A DNA stretch of 64,000 bases from Octopus vulgaris (GCA_951406725.2 OX597831.1:30628001-30692000), one strand, 5' to 3'; shown: positions 26,350-40,246, counted from the stretch's first letter. The notes: generated by a model from the letters alone, not told the origin. Program-made: numbers and translations.

Positions 26350-27129
26350 ATGTGTGTGTGTGTGTGGATATCTGTGAATATGCACACAGATACGAATACT
26401 TATTAACTTACTCATAAACCTATTTACACACGTATGCATGCATACATATACTAAAACGCAGATACGAATATTCATAGATGTACACAAACTTCCACATACA
26501 TAAACTCATGCGAGCATTATATACATGCATACATACTGAGTGGTAAATTTACACATGTACTGATATGTACATACATACACATATACATGCCAGCACAGTT
26601 TTTTCACGAGTTTCCTACTTGTCTTCGTCCACAGAGTACGACCCTTTACAGGACTTTTGAGTCTAATGGGAGGAAGCCATGTTTTGACTTATGACCTGGC
26701 CCAGTTGCATGAAGCAGAGGAGACACCGCTAAAGGTAAAGTTAGTTTTGTTAAAGCAGGTCATGGCTTAAATCTATCACCTAAGAACAAGAAATAACTTT
26801 TCAATCACAAAATTTTCAAAGTATTTGAATGATGGTATGGTACAAAGCACATGCCTAATGGGCAGTGCAGTGATTACTGGCTTATACAAATTTTATATAT
26901 GCATATATACCTGTATGCATACAAGCATGAATGTATTTTACGTAGGCAGTTCATACATGAAAACAAAGGTAAATATAGAAAGAATTGTTACAAAGTGAAT
27001 AAGGAAGCTTAAATAACGAGGGAATTTAAAAAAAAATATGTGTAGTAATATTTTGAAGTTATTTAAAGGAATGGAAGTAGTAGAAAAAGTCTGTTTATGT
27101 ATGTATTTTCAGTCTAAGGAGTGGCGTTT

Positions 27130-28150
27130 CGTACTTGCGTAATAGTTGTTTTTTGAAGTGTTTGCTTTTCTCGAAGACCTTTGATCTGATAACTAAATAG
27201 GAGATTTGTTCATGAAAGTTTTGTGGCAATACTACGTCTCTCTTTTGCAAATGTGACAAATTTTATTTCCAGCTCTCTAGGGTTTGGCCATTTCGAGGAT
27301 GTTGCATTAAATACTGCAATCTGAAGACCTCTTCTTTCAATTTCCTTGTTAACTCAGCTAATTCGTTAGACTTCTGTTATCTATTTTTGAGGGAAGATAT
27401 ATGATTATATCACAAAGTGTTTGTGGCTATGCAACGTTTGTGTTTTCTACTAGATTTCATTGTGTACAAGTGGCCTTAAATTTTGTTTTACTTTTCCTCT
27501 TTTGCTCATGTATTAGGTCTCCTACATTAGCATGTACCAGTGTATGTGATATGGTTTTCCATGCTCAGGTTGAGCAACACGTAGATTGAAGATTTTCTGG
27601 ACAGGAGAAAAGAGTTTGTATATTAGGTTTAAAGAGTTCCATTACGCTTTACATCGATCGAAGAGACGCCTGTGACACATATGGTATTACAACACCACTT
27701 ATCTCTTTTTTTTTGTATTTATGGAACAGTGAAGTGTGTAGGTAATTTTCCTTTTGAATCTGCAGGTATCGAGGCTTTATTCTAGCATGAGGGTGTCTTA
27801 GCCAACATGTCCTTATCCTAAGACAAATGAGAGCCATTTGCAAATATAAGGTGCTTCAATATTACGTCAGGTGTCATGTTCTTATGTCAATGAAAGAGGG
27901 TTTTTCATATGCTTTGTGAAAGCTGGACTTTAAGTCTAAGGTATCGTCAAAGAAATTAACGGCATTTACTTCAGTGGCTATTGGTACATTCAGGCCAAAA
28001 GTGCAAGAAGTGTCAATAATGTCCTTTATTAATGTGTATATGATGTGGCCAATTGTGCTGCCAGTTATAGTTAATTCCTCATCCCTATATAGGCCAAAGT
28101 CTGCGGTAGCAAATTTCTATGTAGGTATAATTAAAATCTATAATCCTGTG
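27130..28150 (-). mobile_element. Decayed Penelope-like element (RT through GIY-YIG C-terminus)
   Basis: Minus translation DFGLYRDEEL...IKDIIDTSCTFGLNVPIATEVNAVNFFDDTLDLKSSFHKAYEKP (GLYRDD-type PLE RT), then SNELAELTRKLKEE...ILEMAKP*RAGNKICHICKRE. Many stops and frameshifts. Confidence 0.75.
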
Positions 28151-29717
28151 ATATTGCATATATAAGCGCTGTCTATAGTTACGTCGAAGGTACCTGTTAG
28201 CCCTGTGTCTTTTTTTACTCAGAATTTATATTTAACAGTAGGCATGCATTGTTCTATCAACGTAGCATGCATTATTATATCAACGCTGTTAACGACTATT
28301 GCATCGTAGTTCTTAACCAAAATCGATGGTGGACGATGCATAATAATGTTTTGGACAGAGAAGAATAAAATCGACAATGTTGGCATCAGCAAATCTGTAA
28401 GATGCCTAGAGATTTATTCAATTTGACACTGTCGAGCTTCATACTTTTATGCAAATGTCCAGAATGAAACGTCTTATATTGTAGACCTGATCGATAAGGA
28501 CTGACCCGTGGCTAAGGAACAACAGTAGCAGTAGCAGCAACAGAAGCTACAATATCTACTACAGAAACACCATTTCCTCTAACAATAGCAATAAAACCAA
28601 CAGTTATGACAGTCTTATAAAAAAAAAAAGAACCATAGCAACAACAAGAACAACAAAGTCCATAGCGTGAGCCGTAGCAGCAGCAGTAGTACAGTACCAA
28701 CGACTGAAACCCTAAGCACGAATAACAAATACTCCTTCTGTAGCTATAACAGTAACTGATAAATGTTGATAATAACTCATGGTTAATGAAGCTATTTAGA
28801 ATGCAAGGCGTGAAGTGTTGACCACGGGGAATAAGCCATTGATCACATAGATATTTCACTATCGCACCTCCATATCTACGTTGCAAATGACATTGCTTAG
28901 ACGTTGGCGTAATAAAGCTAATGGAACATGCACTACGGGCTTGAGTTTGTGGGTGTATATGTGTGTGTGTGTGCTTGTGTTTGTGCGTGTGTCTGTGTAT
29001 GTTGCGTGTATGATAAATACTCATTATCTGGACATGATGCATTTTAATTCGCCTAATTGAGGCATTTATTCACAACGAATGCGCTGCTTCAAATCATTAA
29101 AAATGTGATAAAGCTATCTCCAAACATGTATTACAAGAACAGTGTATGCAGCATTAGTTCATGAATTAAATATAAATATAAAAGTATGCAGACACACACA
29201 TGTATGCATAAGTATGTATACACACATATGTATATACTTATATTTATGTTTGTATGTCTATATGCATGTATGTATATAAGTTCTTCCTCTGAGGAAGGAG
29301 ATGATTTCTAACAATGATGCACAGCTCAATCGCTGGAATGTAGATAACGAAGACAAATTCAGTTTTAATTTGAATACAGTCTGGCATATTTTTATTATTG
29401 CACAAACAGATTTTATTTGTAAAGTACGAGTCACCTGGCTGATTTCTTTTTCTGAAAGTTCTAGCTTATCCAGATTCTCACTCGCAAAACCTATGCATGT
29501 ATGTATGTATGTATGCATTTATGTATGTATGTTTGCATGTATGAACATATTGATTTAGTACTTTCCTTAACAGATAGTCATGACAACATAGTATGTAAGT
29601 CATGAAATTCTTAGAGGATTAAAGCAAACAAAAAAACACAGTTCTACATTTAAGAGATGAGGAATTATGTACATTATTTACAATTGACGGATATTTGTCT
29701 TCATATTGTTTGTTGTT

Positions 29718-29763
29718 AACACAACGTTTCGGCTGATATACCTTCCAACCTTCATCAGGCGTC
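29718..29763 (-). ncRNA. Minimal type I hammerhead with intact core
   Basis: gacgc CTGATGAA ggttg-gaaggtatat-cagcc GAAA cgt T gtgtt. Confidence 0.78.
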
Positions 29764-29770
29764 TTGGAAA

Positions 29771-29811
<41 letters not shown>

Positions 29812-29813
<2 letters not shown>

Positions 29814-29875
29814 TCACTGCCTGGAATCGAACTCGGAATCCTGGGGTTAGTAGTTCGCGCTCTTACACTACGCTA
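29812..29875 (-). promoter_or_regulatory. tRNA-like Pol III cassette (A/B boxes)
   Basis: tagcgtagtgtaagagcgcgaactactaaccccaggattccGAGTTCGATTCCaggcagtgacc. No intact cloverleaf. Confidence 0.65.
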
Positions 29876-30523
29876 GGCAATTTGTAGGCAATTATGGGGC
29901 GAATTTTAGGACTTATAAATCTAATATTCTATCTTTCCTTAATACCAGTTCCCATATGCTGTTCATATCTGCACTTTATCTCCTTAGGAGATTGTTGTGT
30001 CCTAGCATACGTGCTGCTGCTTTTAGTTTTCGTATTTTCCATTGGCTGGCCCTTGGCGATAGCAAAAGTCACTTTCATGTTCTATGAGGCACCGTAATGA
30101 ACCAGGAACCACATGATTTGGTTTCACGGGGACCTGCCTTAACCAGACAGACATGCCTGCACCTATTTTAACGAGTAATTGTGAAATTTGATTCCCGTTT
30201 CTAAACAAGATTCATAACTCTGTAACCGAAACAGTGACTTCATTCCTTTTATCCTTTCTGCATAATTTGCAATATCATTTTAAAACTCTCATTCGTTTAG
30301 AGATATGCCCCTGATGAAGGTCAACGCGCGGGAGTTGATTTTTAACCAGCTCGGTTACAACAGACATGTATGTTGGTTTATATATAACGCGATATGAATG
30401 GCCAAGCATCTGTTTTGCTGCGTTGTGTGGATTAAGGAAAAATGATTAAATCTGAATTATTTTCAAATACCAATCATCGAAGATAGATTATATTTGGGCG
30501 TTTACTTTCTTTCTGTTTGCTTT

Positions 30524-30668
30524 TCTCTGTTCACCAAAGTCCCAACTGGGGGAAGCACTATCGGTGATTCAAGAAAAACTAGTGACAGACACCCATCTAC
30601 AAGAGCGCACTAGTATACTAATAAGAAACTTGATGGAAATGTTGACCTTCTGTGTAGAAACTACCTAC
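30524..30668 (+). mobile_element. Penelope/Poseidon-type RT fragment
   Basis: SLFTKVPTG/EALSVIQEKLVTDTHLQERTSILIRNLMEMLTFCVETTY, one frameshift. Confidence 0.78.
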
Positions 30669-30875
30669 CTACCTATATATGTGTGTCTGTATTTGTATTA
30701 GTTTGCTCACCACTTGACAATTAAAAGACGAAAAAATAAAAAAAAGAGCGGTAAAACATATTTGAAAGACATCACGTGACTCAACGTTCAAGCAGTGACC
30801 ATCCTATCCGCCAGAGATTACCTTACGTAGCCTGTTTCTTTTTAAAAGATGATAGAGTGAAATTTCAGAGAGATT

Positions 30876-31107
30876 TACTCTCTTTACTCTTTTACTTGTT
30901 TCAATCAGTTGACTGCGGCCATGCTGGAGCACCGCCTTTAGTCGGGCAAATTGACCCCAGGACTTATTCTTTGTAAGCCTAGTACTTATTCTATCGGTCG
31001 CTTTTGCCGAATCGCTAAGTTACGGGGACGTAAACACACTAGCATCGGTTGTCAAGTGATGTTGGGAGGACAAACACAGACACACAAGCATATACACATA
31101 CACATAC

Positions 31108-31138
<31 letters not shown>

Positions 31139-31284
31139 TGTATGTATGTATGTATGTATGTATAGATATATATATAGATATATACATATATATACGACGG
31201 GTTTCTTTCAGTTTCTGTCTACCAAACCCATTCGCAAGGCTTTGGTTGGCTCGAGGCTATGGTAGAAGACACTTGCCCAAGGTG
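30876..31284 (-). mobile_element. SINE family B lacking head
   Basis: Runs from the tail through the CORE-like segment, with an internal (TATG)n expansion. Confidence 0.8.
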
Positions 31285-31999
31285 ACAGTAGTGGTGATTA
31301 TAGTTATAGTTGTTGTTTCTGTAGTAGTAGTTGTTGTTATTGTCTTTTTTATTGTTTTGTTTTCGTAGCAGAACTAAAAGGTATAGCGGAGGCGAACAAA
31401 TATAGATATCTACAACATTAAAAAAAAATAACTGACGTTATAATCCATATTAATTTGCATAGATCCGTGTATATTTGTGAATGAATACACATTGGGAAAG
31501 GGTTGCATTCACGGATAATATATATATGTGTTTATATAGGCGTATTAATGTCTGTGAGTAAAGTGTGCTTCGGTCTGTGTAGGAGTGAATGCGTGCGTGC
31601 ATTCGATGCTAAAACTGCATAACTATCAGTCTTAGTAACGATAAGATTTATGTTGAATTAGGAGATTAAGTTCTAAAGAACGTGTGTGATAGGAGAAACC
31701 TAAAATGGCAGTGAAGAGAAGCCTTAGTTTCGAATGAATGAATAAATAAACTGCACTTTTATGTTTTAAGTATTTTATCCCGTGTGTATATGTATGCTAA
31801 TACGTCAGTTTAGTTTCAGAGAAGATTTTAACCGTAAAAGTATGTAAATCACTCCGACACCGTCTGTCTCTCTTTCTTTCTCTCTTTGTCTACGCGTGCG
31901 TGTATGTATGTCTGTGTGTGTATATATACGTGTGTGTGTGTATGTGTGTATAATTATGCAAATATATATATCTATATCTATCTATATATCTATATATAC

Positions 32000-32050
<51 letters not shown>

Positions 32051-32281
32051 TATGTATGTATGTATGTATGTATGTATGTATGTACGTATGTATGTAATGT
32101 ATGTATACATGTGGTGCAAAGATGAGTCTCTCTCTACTTTGATACTTTCCATTTCCTCCACTTTCTTCCACGTGTAAAAAGCGATATTTAGTGCTGTATA
32201 AATATATACTTATACAGCATTAAATATCGTGCAAGAGATATATTTAATGCTGTATAAATGTTTATCTGCATACGTCTGCGC

Positions 32282-32338
<57 letters not shown>

Positions 32339-32509
32339 TATACATGTATGTATGCATATATAGTCGTAAGTTTAGGTGTGTAGTATAAGTGTGTCTCTTG
32401 GGCGGGTATCTTCCAGTATAGTCTCGTACGACCCAAAGCTTTGTGGGTGAATTTGGTTGATAGAAACTGGAAGAAACCCGTCGTACACACATATATATAT
32501 ATATATATA

Positions 32510-33075
32510 TTGGGTTGTCCAGAAAGTTCTTGCCGATTTTTAAAAGAAAGAAAAATGTCAATAAATACTTGCTATTACATTTTTAATCAACCAAATGTGA
32601 ACTATTTGGTTGCACAATACGTCTCCATTTTTCCTTTAACTAGAAAATACCGTCTTTCCAGAATTGAGGTAGTTTCATGGTAAAGAATTCATCAATATAT
32701 CTTTTTACGTCATCCAAGGAATTGTAATTTTAACCATAAAGATTATTCTGCAGAGACTTGAATGTGTGGAAATCCGAAGGAGTGATATCTGGTGAATATA
32801 GAGGGTGGGGTAACACATCCCAGCCAAGCTGCAGCAATTTTTGTCTGGTTCCCAAAGCATCAAGTGCAGAAAATGAACTTTCTTATCTTCCATTTTAAAG
32901 GGTTACAAAATTAACACAGATTATAGGAACATAAACCTTCTTCCACAAGAAGATAGCTTAAACTGTGCTCTAAATGGAGGTCAAGTCAAATCCTATTTTA
33001 TGGACTCAACCATGTTCTAAAATAAGTCGAAATGTAAGCTACTATAAATCGGCAAGAACTTTCCGGACAACCCAA
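32510..33075 (-). mobile_element. Internally deleted mariner element
   Basis: ~30-bp TIRs ttgggttgtccagaaagttcttgccgattt / aaatcggcaagaactttccggacaacccaa, TA on both sides. MEDKKVHFLHLMLWE joined to LQLGWDVLPHPLYSPDITPSDFH (YSPDLAP-like). Confidence 0.9.
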
Positions 33076-33084
33076 TATAAAGGC

Positions 33085-33351
33085 TATTTGCCAACATAAT
33101 GTGGCTGTCCTGGAAGCGACGATTGTTACTGTTGTTTAGTTCCAGGAAACATCGTTTCCAACTGGCTAAGACAAGAGACACAGAAGGAAGGCGCGAGCTG
33201 CCTTTGACACCACACTGAATGTTACCTTCGTCTGTGGACACGGCTCACGGACCTTCCTTTCCTATATCGGACTTGTCAGTCATGAGCGTGCCTGCAGACA
33301 ACGTGGACAGCCTTCCTGATCTTCGTTCGCGAAGCCGAGCCATGATGATGA
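33085..33351 (+). mobile_element. RTE (BovB-like) LINE 3' end
   Basis: FVCGHGSRTFLSYIGLVSHERACRQRGQPS* is a decayed terminal C2H2 motif. Short UTR ending in (tga)n. Confidence 0.75.
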
Positions 33352-33882
33352 TACGATACAATATCTATGTCCTAATATTTGCGAATAGGGAGTCCACGCG
33401 ACTCCACATATTTACATTGCCCTCAACTGTTTTGTGAAATAATGTGTATTAGTATACTAGTAATTATGTTAGATACGGTCTCAAACTTACTGCGTCTTAT
33501 ATCTAGTATACTAATTAAAAGATTTAAAAATATTTATAACGATCACTTTATTACTTCATCTGTAATCTATAATTCAAAAAATTTAAACATTATTGATACT
33601 TCTAAGGAAACCGAATGTCACGTTGTATGGAGTTGATCTGTCACTACTGATATCCGGTTGAGAAGAATTATCGTTACACACACATCCGCACGTATATATG
33701 CATAAATGTATGTATGTATGTATGTATGTATGTATGTATGTATGTATGTATGTATGTATGTATGTATGTATGTATGTATGTATGTATGTATGTATGTATG
33801 TATGCAGATAAATAGATAGATACATAGATAGATACACACATAGGTATATGTATAAATGTATGTGTGTGTGAGGTTTTTGTGT

Positions 33883-33927
<45 letters not shown>

Positions 33928-34991
33928 CACATACTCAGGCATTTATACATCAGTAAACGATAACTACGTTCTCTTTATAAGTTATTTAAAACAACTATTT
34001 CAGTCTGAAGAACAACAGAAAAAAAAATGTTCTCTCAACAGATTCGAATCATTTGTCTCCTTTAATGGAGTTTAATACTTTACTGACAACTCTACATTAG
34101 TCCTGTTCTTCAATTTTCTCAAATTAGCGTTATATAAACAGCTTACTCGTACAAATTGACAGCTTCACCTCGTGTCTCTCTCTCTCTCTCTACAATGGAT
34201 CACAGCTTATCTTGTACTTAGTTAATCACCATTGAATAGATAGGACGCACCGATTTAGTTAATTCAGTTTGTGATAACACTTAAATACGATGTTTGAAAT
34301 ACAAACAACACCAAGAATGTATAACGTAACAGCTATAACATCAATGTTTATGATTTTTATGTGCAAATTACACGAGAAATTGACGGCTACAGACATAAAA
34401 CATCAATCTCTTGGGGGGTCTCGACAACATATGTGTTGATGGCATACATCTGATTAAACTAATTTCGGTGCATCTGTCAACAACGCATGTCTGCTTTACA
34501 ATGAGGCTATTACAGATAATTTTTCAGTCATTTGAACGGATTCTGTACCGGTAGTTTCGTCACTACGAAATTATATATGATGCTTACACAATAGGAAAGT
34601 GTGGAAGTGCTGCCTTTTAAGGTGCACCAGTAAACACTTTACGCGAGCCTAATTTGATAAGATGGTTGAACACATTGTTTCAACAGGCAACGTTGCCGAT
34701 GTCTTACGCAACATACAAGTAGTGAGAATACTGGAATTGGAATTGTTCAAGTTATTTGACTAATGTGGCCGTAAAATCTTAACAGCAGCTTTATAGGCTG
34801 TTATTATTCCTGCCACTGGTGTGAAGCGATTTAAAGTATGACCTCCGTTAATGTTCACACGTAGATTGTGCGTTAATTTCTGAAATACTCATCTCAAATT
34901 TGTATCTTTTATCCTTTACTTGTTTCAATCATTTGACTGCGACCATGCTGGGGCACCTCCTTAAAGGGTTTTAGTTGAACAAATCGACCCG

Positions 34992-35047
<56 letters not shown>

Positions 35048-35061
35048 CATTATTATTATTA

Positions 35062-35495
35062 TTGAGTGAGAGAGCAATGCATGCCATCAAACTGACACTG
35101 GGGTACAAATATACGAATATACCCATCATGATAATATACACGTCTGATAAGGGTACATTAGGCACTTACATCACAACCATATGTGCGCGACATGGTGACC
35201 TTATATCAAGCTAAACAGAGCATGATATTGCAGATGGAGCCCAGTTAGTATTTTCTTCAGGTTGAGTAGCCCATCCTGCTCAAAAGGTACCTGAATCAGG
35301 TGTTGTTTAAGGATGATGAACGAAACACCTATATTTCCAGAGGTGAATTATCCAAACCCCAAAGAATTCCTCTGAACACGCGGCTATGATGTTTCCCCAC
35401 TTCCCCTGCTCATGATCAGAGATGCACATATTGTCAGTCATTAAGAGACATACTCAGCTGGTTAAGGTAAAAAAAAAATGACGAGCAAATCTATG
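35062..35495 (-). mobile_element. Non-LTR retroelement 3' UTR-like repeat ending in (TAA)n
   Basis: Second partial copy at ~49780-49940 (aaaccccaaagaat...tgatcaga...tattgtcagtca). Clade not determined. Confidence 0.55.
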
Positions 35496-35505
35496 TTATT
35501 ATTAT

Positions 35506-35701
35506 TATTTCGTCGAACCAATTTTTTGCTCTGTCAAGTCCATACTTGTTGCAGAGCGTCCAATGGACAAGCCTTGCTATATTGCAGTGGCATCTCATAT
35601 TCCTTCTGGGCTAATGGCGCACATTGTCTGGTAATATGCCATACGGTTTCACCATTTTGTCCACAGATTCTACACATTGCTTTCTGATGTGTTGTCTATT
35701 C

Positions 35702-35702
<1 letters not shown>
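35506..35702 (-). mobile_element. Dong/R4 zinc-knuckle fragment
   Basis: CRICGQNGETVWHITRQCAPLAQKEY...NIARLVHWTLCNKYGLDRAKNWF, with (TTA)n on both sides. Confidence 0.85.
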
Positions 35703-35762
<60 letters not shown>

Positions 35763-36216
35763 ACCATCGTCATCACCATCATCATTATAATTTTGAAAAT
35801 ATCCAGGCTTGTGATCATCATTTTATAGAATGTAATTAATGATTATTACTCATTATCTTAATTGCATTTAATATTCTAAATGATGATTTTTTTCGTAAAA
35901 TATGTATTAATAGTTTTTGTAATTTCTTTGAGGTTAGATTATTTTCTATGGAAACCAACGGCACAACGAGATACGGTAATGGTAATAATTTTGTTAAAAC
36001 TTGTTAAAACAATGTGTAATAATTTTAGCGCATGGATATTCTTGTAAATGAATAACTAAACATAGATATATGTGTGCACAGAGACACTCACAAGCACAGA
36101 CGGGAATAAACATACATACGTACATACATAGACACACACACACGCACACATATATATGTCATATACAAGCATTTATGTATACACAAATGCACTGGCATAC
36201 ATTATAATCACATAAT

Positions 36217-36257
<41 letters not shown>

Positions 36258-36305
36258 AGCGTTATACTAATACATCTGTTTGTTTTGTACACCACCTACC
36301 TTCGT

Positions 36306-36351
<46 letters not shown>

Positions 36352-36526
36352 CATACATACATACATATTCTTTTACTTGTTTCAGTCATTTCAATGTGGC
36401 CATGCTAGAGCACCGCCTTTAGTCGAGCAAATAGACCCCAGGACTTATTCTTTGTAAGCATAGCACTTATTCTATCGGTCTCTTCTGCTGAACCGCTAAG
36501 TTACGGGGGCGTATATATATATATAC

Positions 36527-36557
<31 letters not shown>

Positions 36558-37135
36558 CATACATACATACATATATATATATATATACACGTACATGCAC
36601 ACATCACATTCACAGTATGTGTGTGTGCAAATATTTGATTAAATTACCCGCCTGTTTTTCATAAATTGCTGAAATCTAATTTACTGCGGAATTTATTTAG
36701 AGACAATAACTCTTATGGACTTGCTTTAAATTACATCACTGTTCTCCTATATCGGTGATGATATTTTATCGTGGAATGTGATTGTCTGTGAGTAGTGACA
36801 AAGGCTAAGGATCTAGCATTTTCACCTGCCAAAGCTAGGGAAAATTTTCTCAGCTCCTGATATGTGTTGTGTCTTAAACCGGAGCAATTCCATAAGAAAT
36901 ATTATCTCCGTAAATTTGCTCTTTGCGAAATGTTAACGTTAAGTCTGATACACTAGTAGCTGTGTGTATATGTGTGTGTATGCGTGTCTGTGTGTGTACG
37001 TATAAATGTAAGTATGTGTATATATAATTGATGTTGGATTTTTGAATTGAAATTAAGAATTGCAAATAATTAGCGATAGTATGATTCAACAGAGAATCAT
37101 AATCTAAATTTTTTTGGACAGGCACAGAGAATAAA

Positions 37136-37493
37136 GGCGGCAAGCTGGCAGAATCGTTACGTTCTGAGTTCAAATTCCGCCGAGCTCGACTTTGCCTTTG
37201 ATCCTTTCGGGGTCGATAAATTAAGTACCAGTTAGGCACTGGGGTCGATGTAATCGACTTAATCCGTTTGTCTCCTCTGTGTGTAGCCCCTTGTGGGCAG
37301 TAACGAAATAGGTACTTCGTCTGCCGTTACGTTCTGAGTTCAAATTCCGCCGAGCTCGACTTTGCCTTTCATCCTTTCGGGGTCGATAAATTAAGTACCA
37401 GTTACTCACTGTGGCCGATGTAATCGACTTAATTCTTTTGTCTGTCCTTGTTAGTCCCCTCTGTGTTTAGCCCCTTGTAGGTAATAAAGAATT
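37136..37493 (+). mobile_element. SINE family A dimer
   Basis: Restart at gaaata|ggtacttcgtc (37311). Both units share the variant gagctcgac. Confidence 0.85.
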
Positions 37494-38089
37494 AAGAAAG
37501 AGAGACTAACAGTTAACAGTGACTTTCGTATTTTACTGTGAAGAGAGTATGATATTTTTTCACATGCCGTTCTTGGCAAAACTTCAAAACCATTGTCATT
37601 CTGTATTTCTGTAGGGTAAAACGTTCATGCGTACATGCATATACACGCATGAACACACACGCACATGTTGTATAATTTAATACCATCGCTAGGATTCGCA
37701 ACAAGTCGATTCGTGAGCCTGTGTCATTGTTGCGTAATTCGATGATCAGGTGCACCAACATTGTACAAATGTCTTCAGTACGACAGAGCTAATTATATTG
37801 GTCAGTTATGGAATCATTTTCAGTGAAGGTGGTTAGTTGTTACGTTAACTATAGAGATTTATCTCACTTCGAATGTTGACACGCAGTGCTGTGCATATTA
37901 AAATTTCCTTGTGGATGCTTTCACCAATATACTTCCAGAAAAAAAAACAAAATTACAAATCCTTTAGTTTATGTGAAAATATAATTATATACTTTTACTT
38001 TCATATACATAAAATTGTTATTTAACCCGTTCAGTGTGTAACCGATTACAAATTTTAGTGAATATAATATACAATATATTTGTGTATGT

Positions 38090-38133
<44 letters not shown>

Positions 38134-38362
38134 CTATTTGTATATTTATGCATGTAAGAATGCATGCATTCATACGTACATACATATATATATATATGCA
38201 TTCACATTTATATAGTTGTATATATACATGCATACACTCCAAATACTGCCCATATACACACAAATACATGCAAAGATACCTTGTTCATGTTCAATTTGGA
38301 TCTAGATTAGAAACCAGCTATTTCTCTGCTGGTAAAATATCTTGAAATAAAACTGAATAATG

Positions 38363-38440
38363 ACATACATACATACATACATACATACATACATACATAC
38401 ATACATACATACATACACATACACACAAACATACATACAT

Positions 38441-38480
<40 letters not shown>

Positions 38481-38503
38481 ACATACACACACACACACAT
38501 ACA

Positions 38504-38537
<34 letters not shown>

Positions 38538-38601
38538 CATACATACATACATACATACATACATACATACATACATACATACATACATACATACATACAT
38601 A
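38363..38601. repeat. (CATA)n/(CA)n microsatellite
   Basis: Directly visible; representative of dozens of such tracts in the window. Confidence 0.95.
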
Positions 38602-39141
38602 GTTTCTGTGATTTCAAATGTTAAGCTATTTCAGCTAAGAATCTTAATCGATTCTAGTTTTTCAATATTTCAACAATTAACCAGTGAAATTGCCATATTA
38701 TATTACAAAATTTAAGAGTTACAAGGAGGTCAAATATAGTCAATAAGTAAGTGTATATCTGTGTGTGTGTGTGTTTGTGCTTGGGTGTGTGTTTTGTTGT
38801 GTGTCTGTAGGTGGGTAAGTGTTGGTGGTTGTGATTTCCTATTCAAATTACTGAAGTGTTTATTAAAACGACTGAATGGGTCATCACAAGATTGTCTATT
38901 AGCAATTTAAGTATAATTCTATTCGAAAGGATGTTCTATATATTTCTTTATATAGGTATGCATGGATGGATGGATGGACGGATGGATAGCAAGCGCCTTG
39001 CAATCAGGCGAAGTTTTAGTTGTTAACCGTTTACAACCCTTATATTAGCCAAACGAGAGCGCAATTCTACTTAGCCATTCTATCAGTGGAATTAAAAAGA
39101 TATTTCTCTTTCATTGTCTCTCTCTACCTTTCTCTCTCTCT

Positions 39142-39182
<41 letters not shown>

Positions 39183-39427
39183 TCTCTCATTCTTCCTCTT
39201 TCTAACTCTCTAACTATTTCTCACCTACAGAACGTGACAATAAAACCGACCGTCTCATACTTTTGGCTTACCTACTGAGCAATTTTTTTTATATAAGAGT
39301 CACTTTAGAGTATGGGATTAACGTACTGCATCGCAATCTCAGCAGGCATTAGGCACGTGAGCCTATTTTCTATCCTGTATCCGCACAATACTCTAGTTCG
39401 CACTGCAACTGTAATCCGAAAGATCTT

Positions 39428-39487
<60 letters not shown>

Positions 39488-39490
<3 letters not shown>

Positions 39491-39891
39491 TAATAAAATA
39501 TTAGGGAATAAATCCAAACTTACAGGGAAAAATCAGATTTAGGATTCAATCCAATTTTATAGTAAAATATTATGTTATATTAAATTAGAGATAAAACCAC
39601 TATTAAGCAAATCAAACAATGAAAAACTTAAGCCAATACATAAAATTAATTCATTGCTAAACCTCGCTAAGATAAATATTTCAATTACCTGAAGATTGAC
39701 TGTAACCATAACTCGAATTATTACGAAATGGACAGCCATGAAACGATCGTAGTGTTTTTACTCATTATCTTTTATCAAACTTTTAATACTTTTGATACAT
39801 ATTTAAAATAATATAAATTAATTCATTTTATGTATTGGCTTAGGTTTTTCATTGTTTGATTTGCTTAACAGTGGTTTTATCTCTAATTTAA

Positions 39892-39892
<1 letters not shown>
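39488..39892 (+). mobile_element. Fold-back PLE-terminus-like module
   Basis: ~73-bp inverted repeat 39579-39651 / 39819-39892 with a few mismatches, a hammerhead in the spacer and (AT)n on both sides. Confidence 0.7.
39684..39756 (+). ncRNA. Type I hammerhead motif with long stem II
   Basis: attac CTGAAGA t tgactgt...acagcca t GAAA cgatcgt A gtgtt. Palindromic stem III ACGATCGT, GUA triplet, weak stem I. Confidence 0.6.
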
Positions 39893-39941
<49 letters not shown>

Positions 39942-39959
39942 TATGTGTGTGTGTATATA

Positions 39960-39995
<36 letters not shown>

Positions 39996-40246
39996 TGTAT
40001 GTATGTATGTATGTATGTATGTATATATGTATATATATATATATATATATACATACATGAATATACATACATATGTGTATATATATATAAATAATAAATT
40101 AATAATTAATTTAATTTAATATATAAATTACCTATAATTTTTTATTTAATGCTGACTACCTGATAAAAATCATTAATGTAAATTTATCCTACAATTCTAA
40201 ATATATCTATATCGTTGTATATTTGGAGGGGCATCATGCCAATAAT

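Larger units (their letters stand above)
29575..30090 (-). mobile_element. Penelope-like element 3' part (GIY-YIG remnant + pseudo-LTR)
   Basis: R.LIEHESDFCY (R..EH-like motif), ...SIWELVLRKDRILDL*, then a tRNA-like cassette, (AAT)n and a hammerhead. Confidence 0.6.

Noticed and set aside
30305-30360. ctgatgaa followed by a ggtcaac/gttgatt stem
   Set aside because: No GAAA and no stem I; at most a dead hammerhead remnant.
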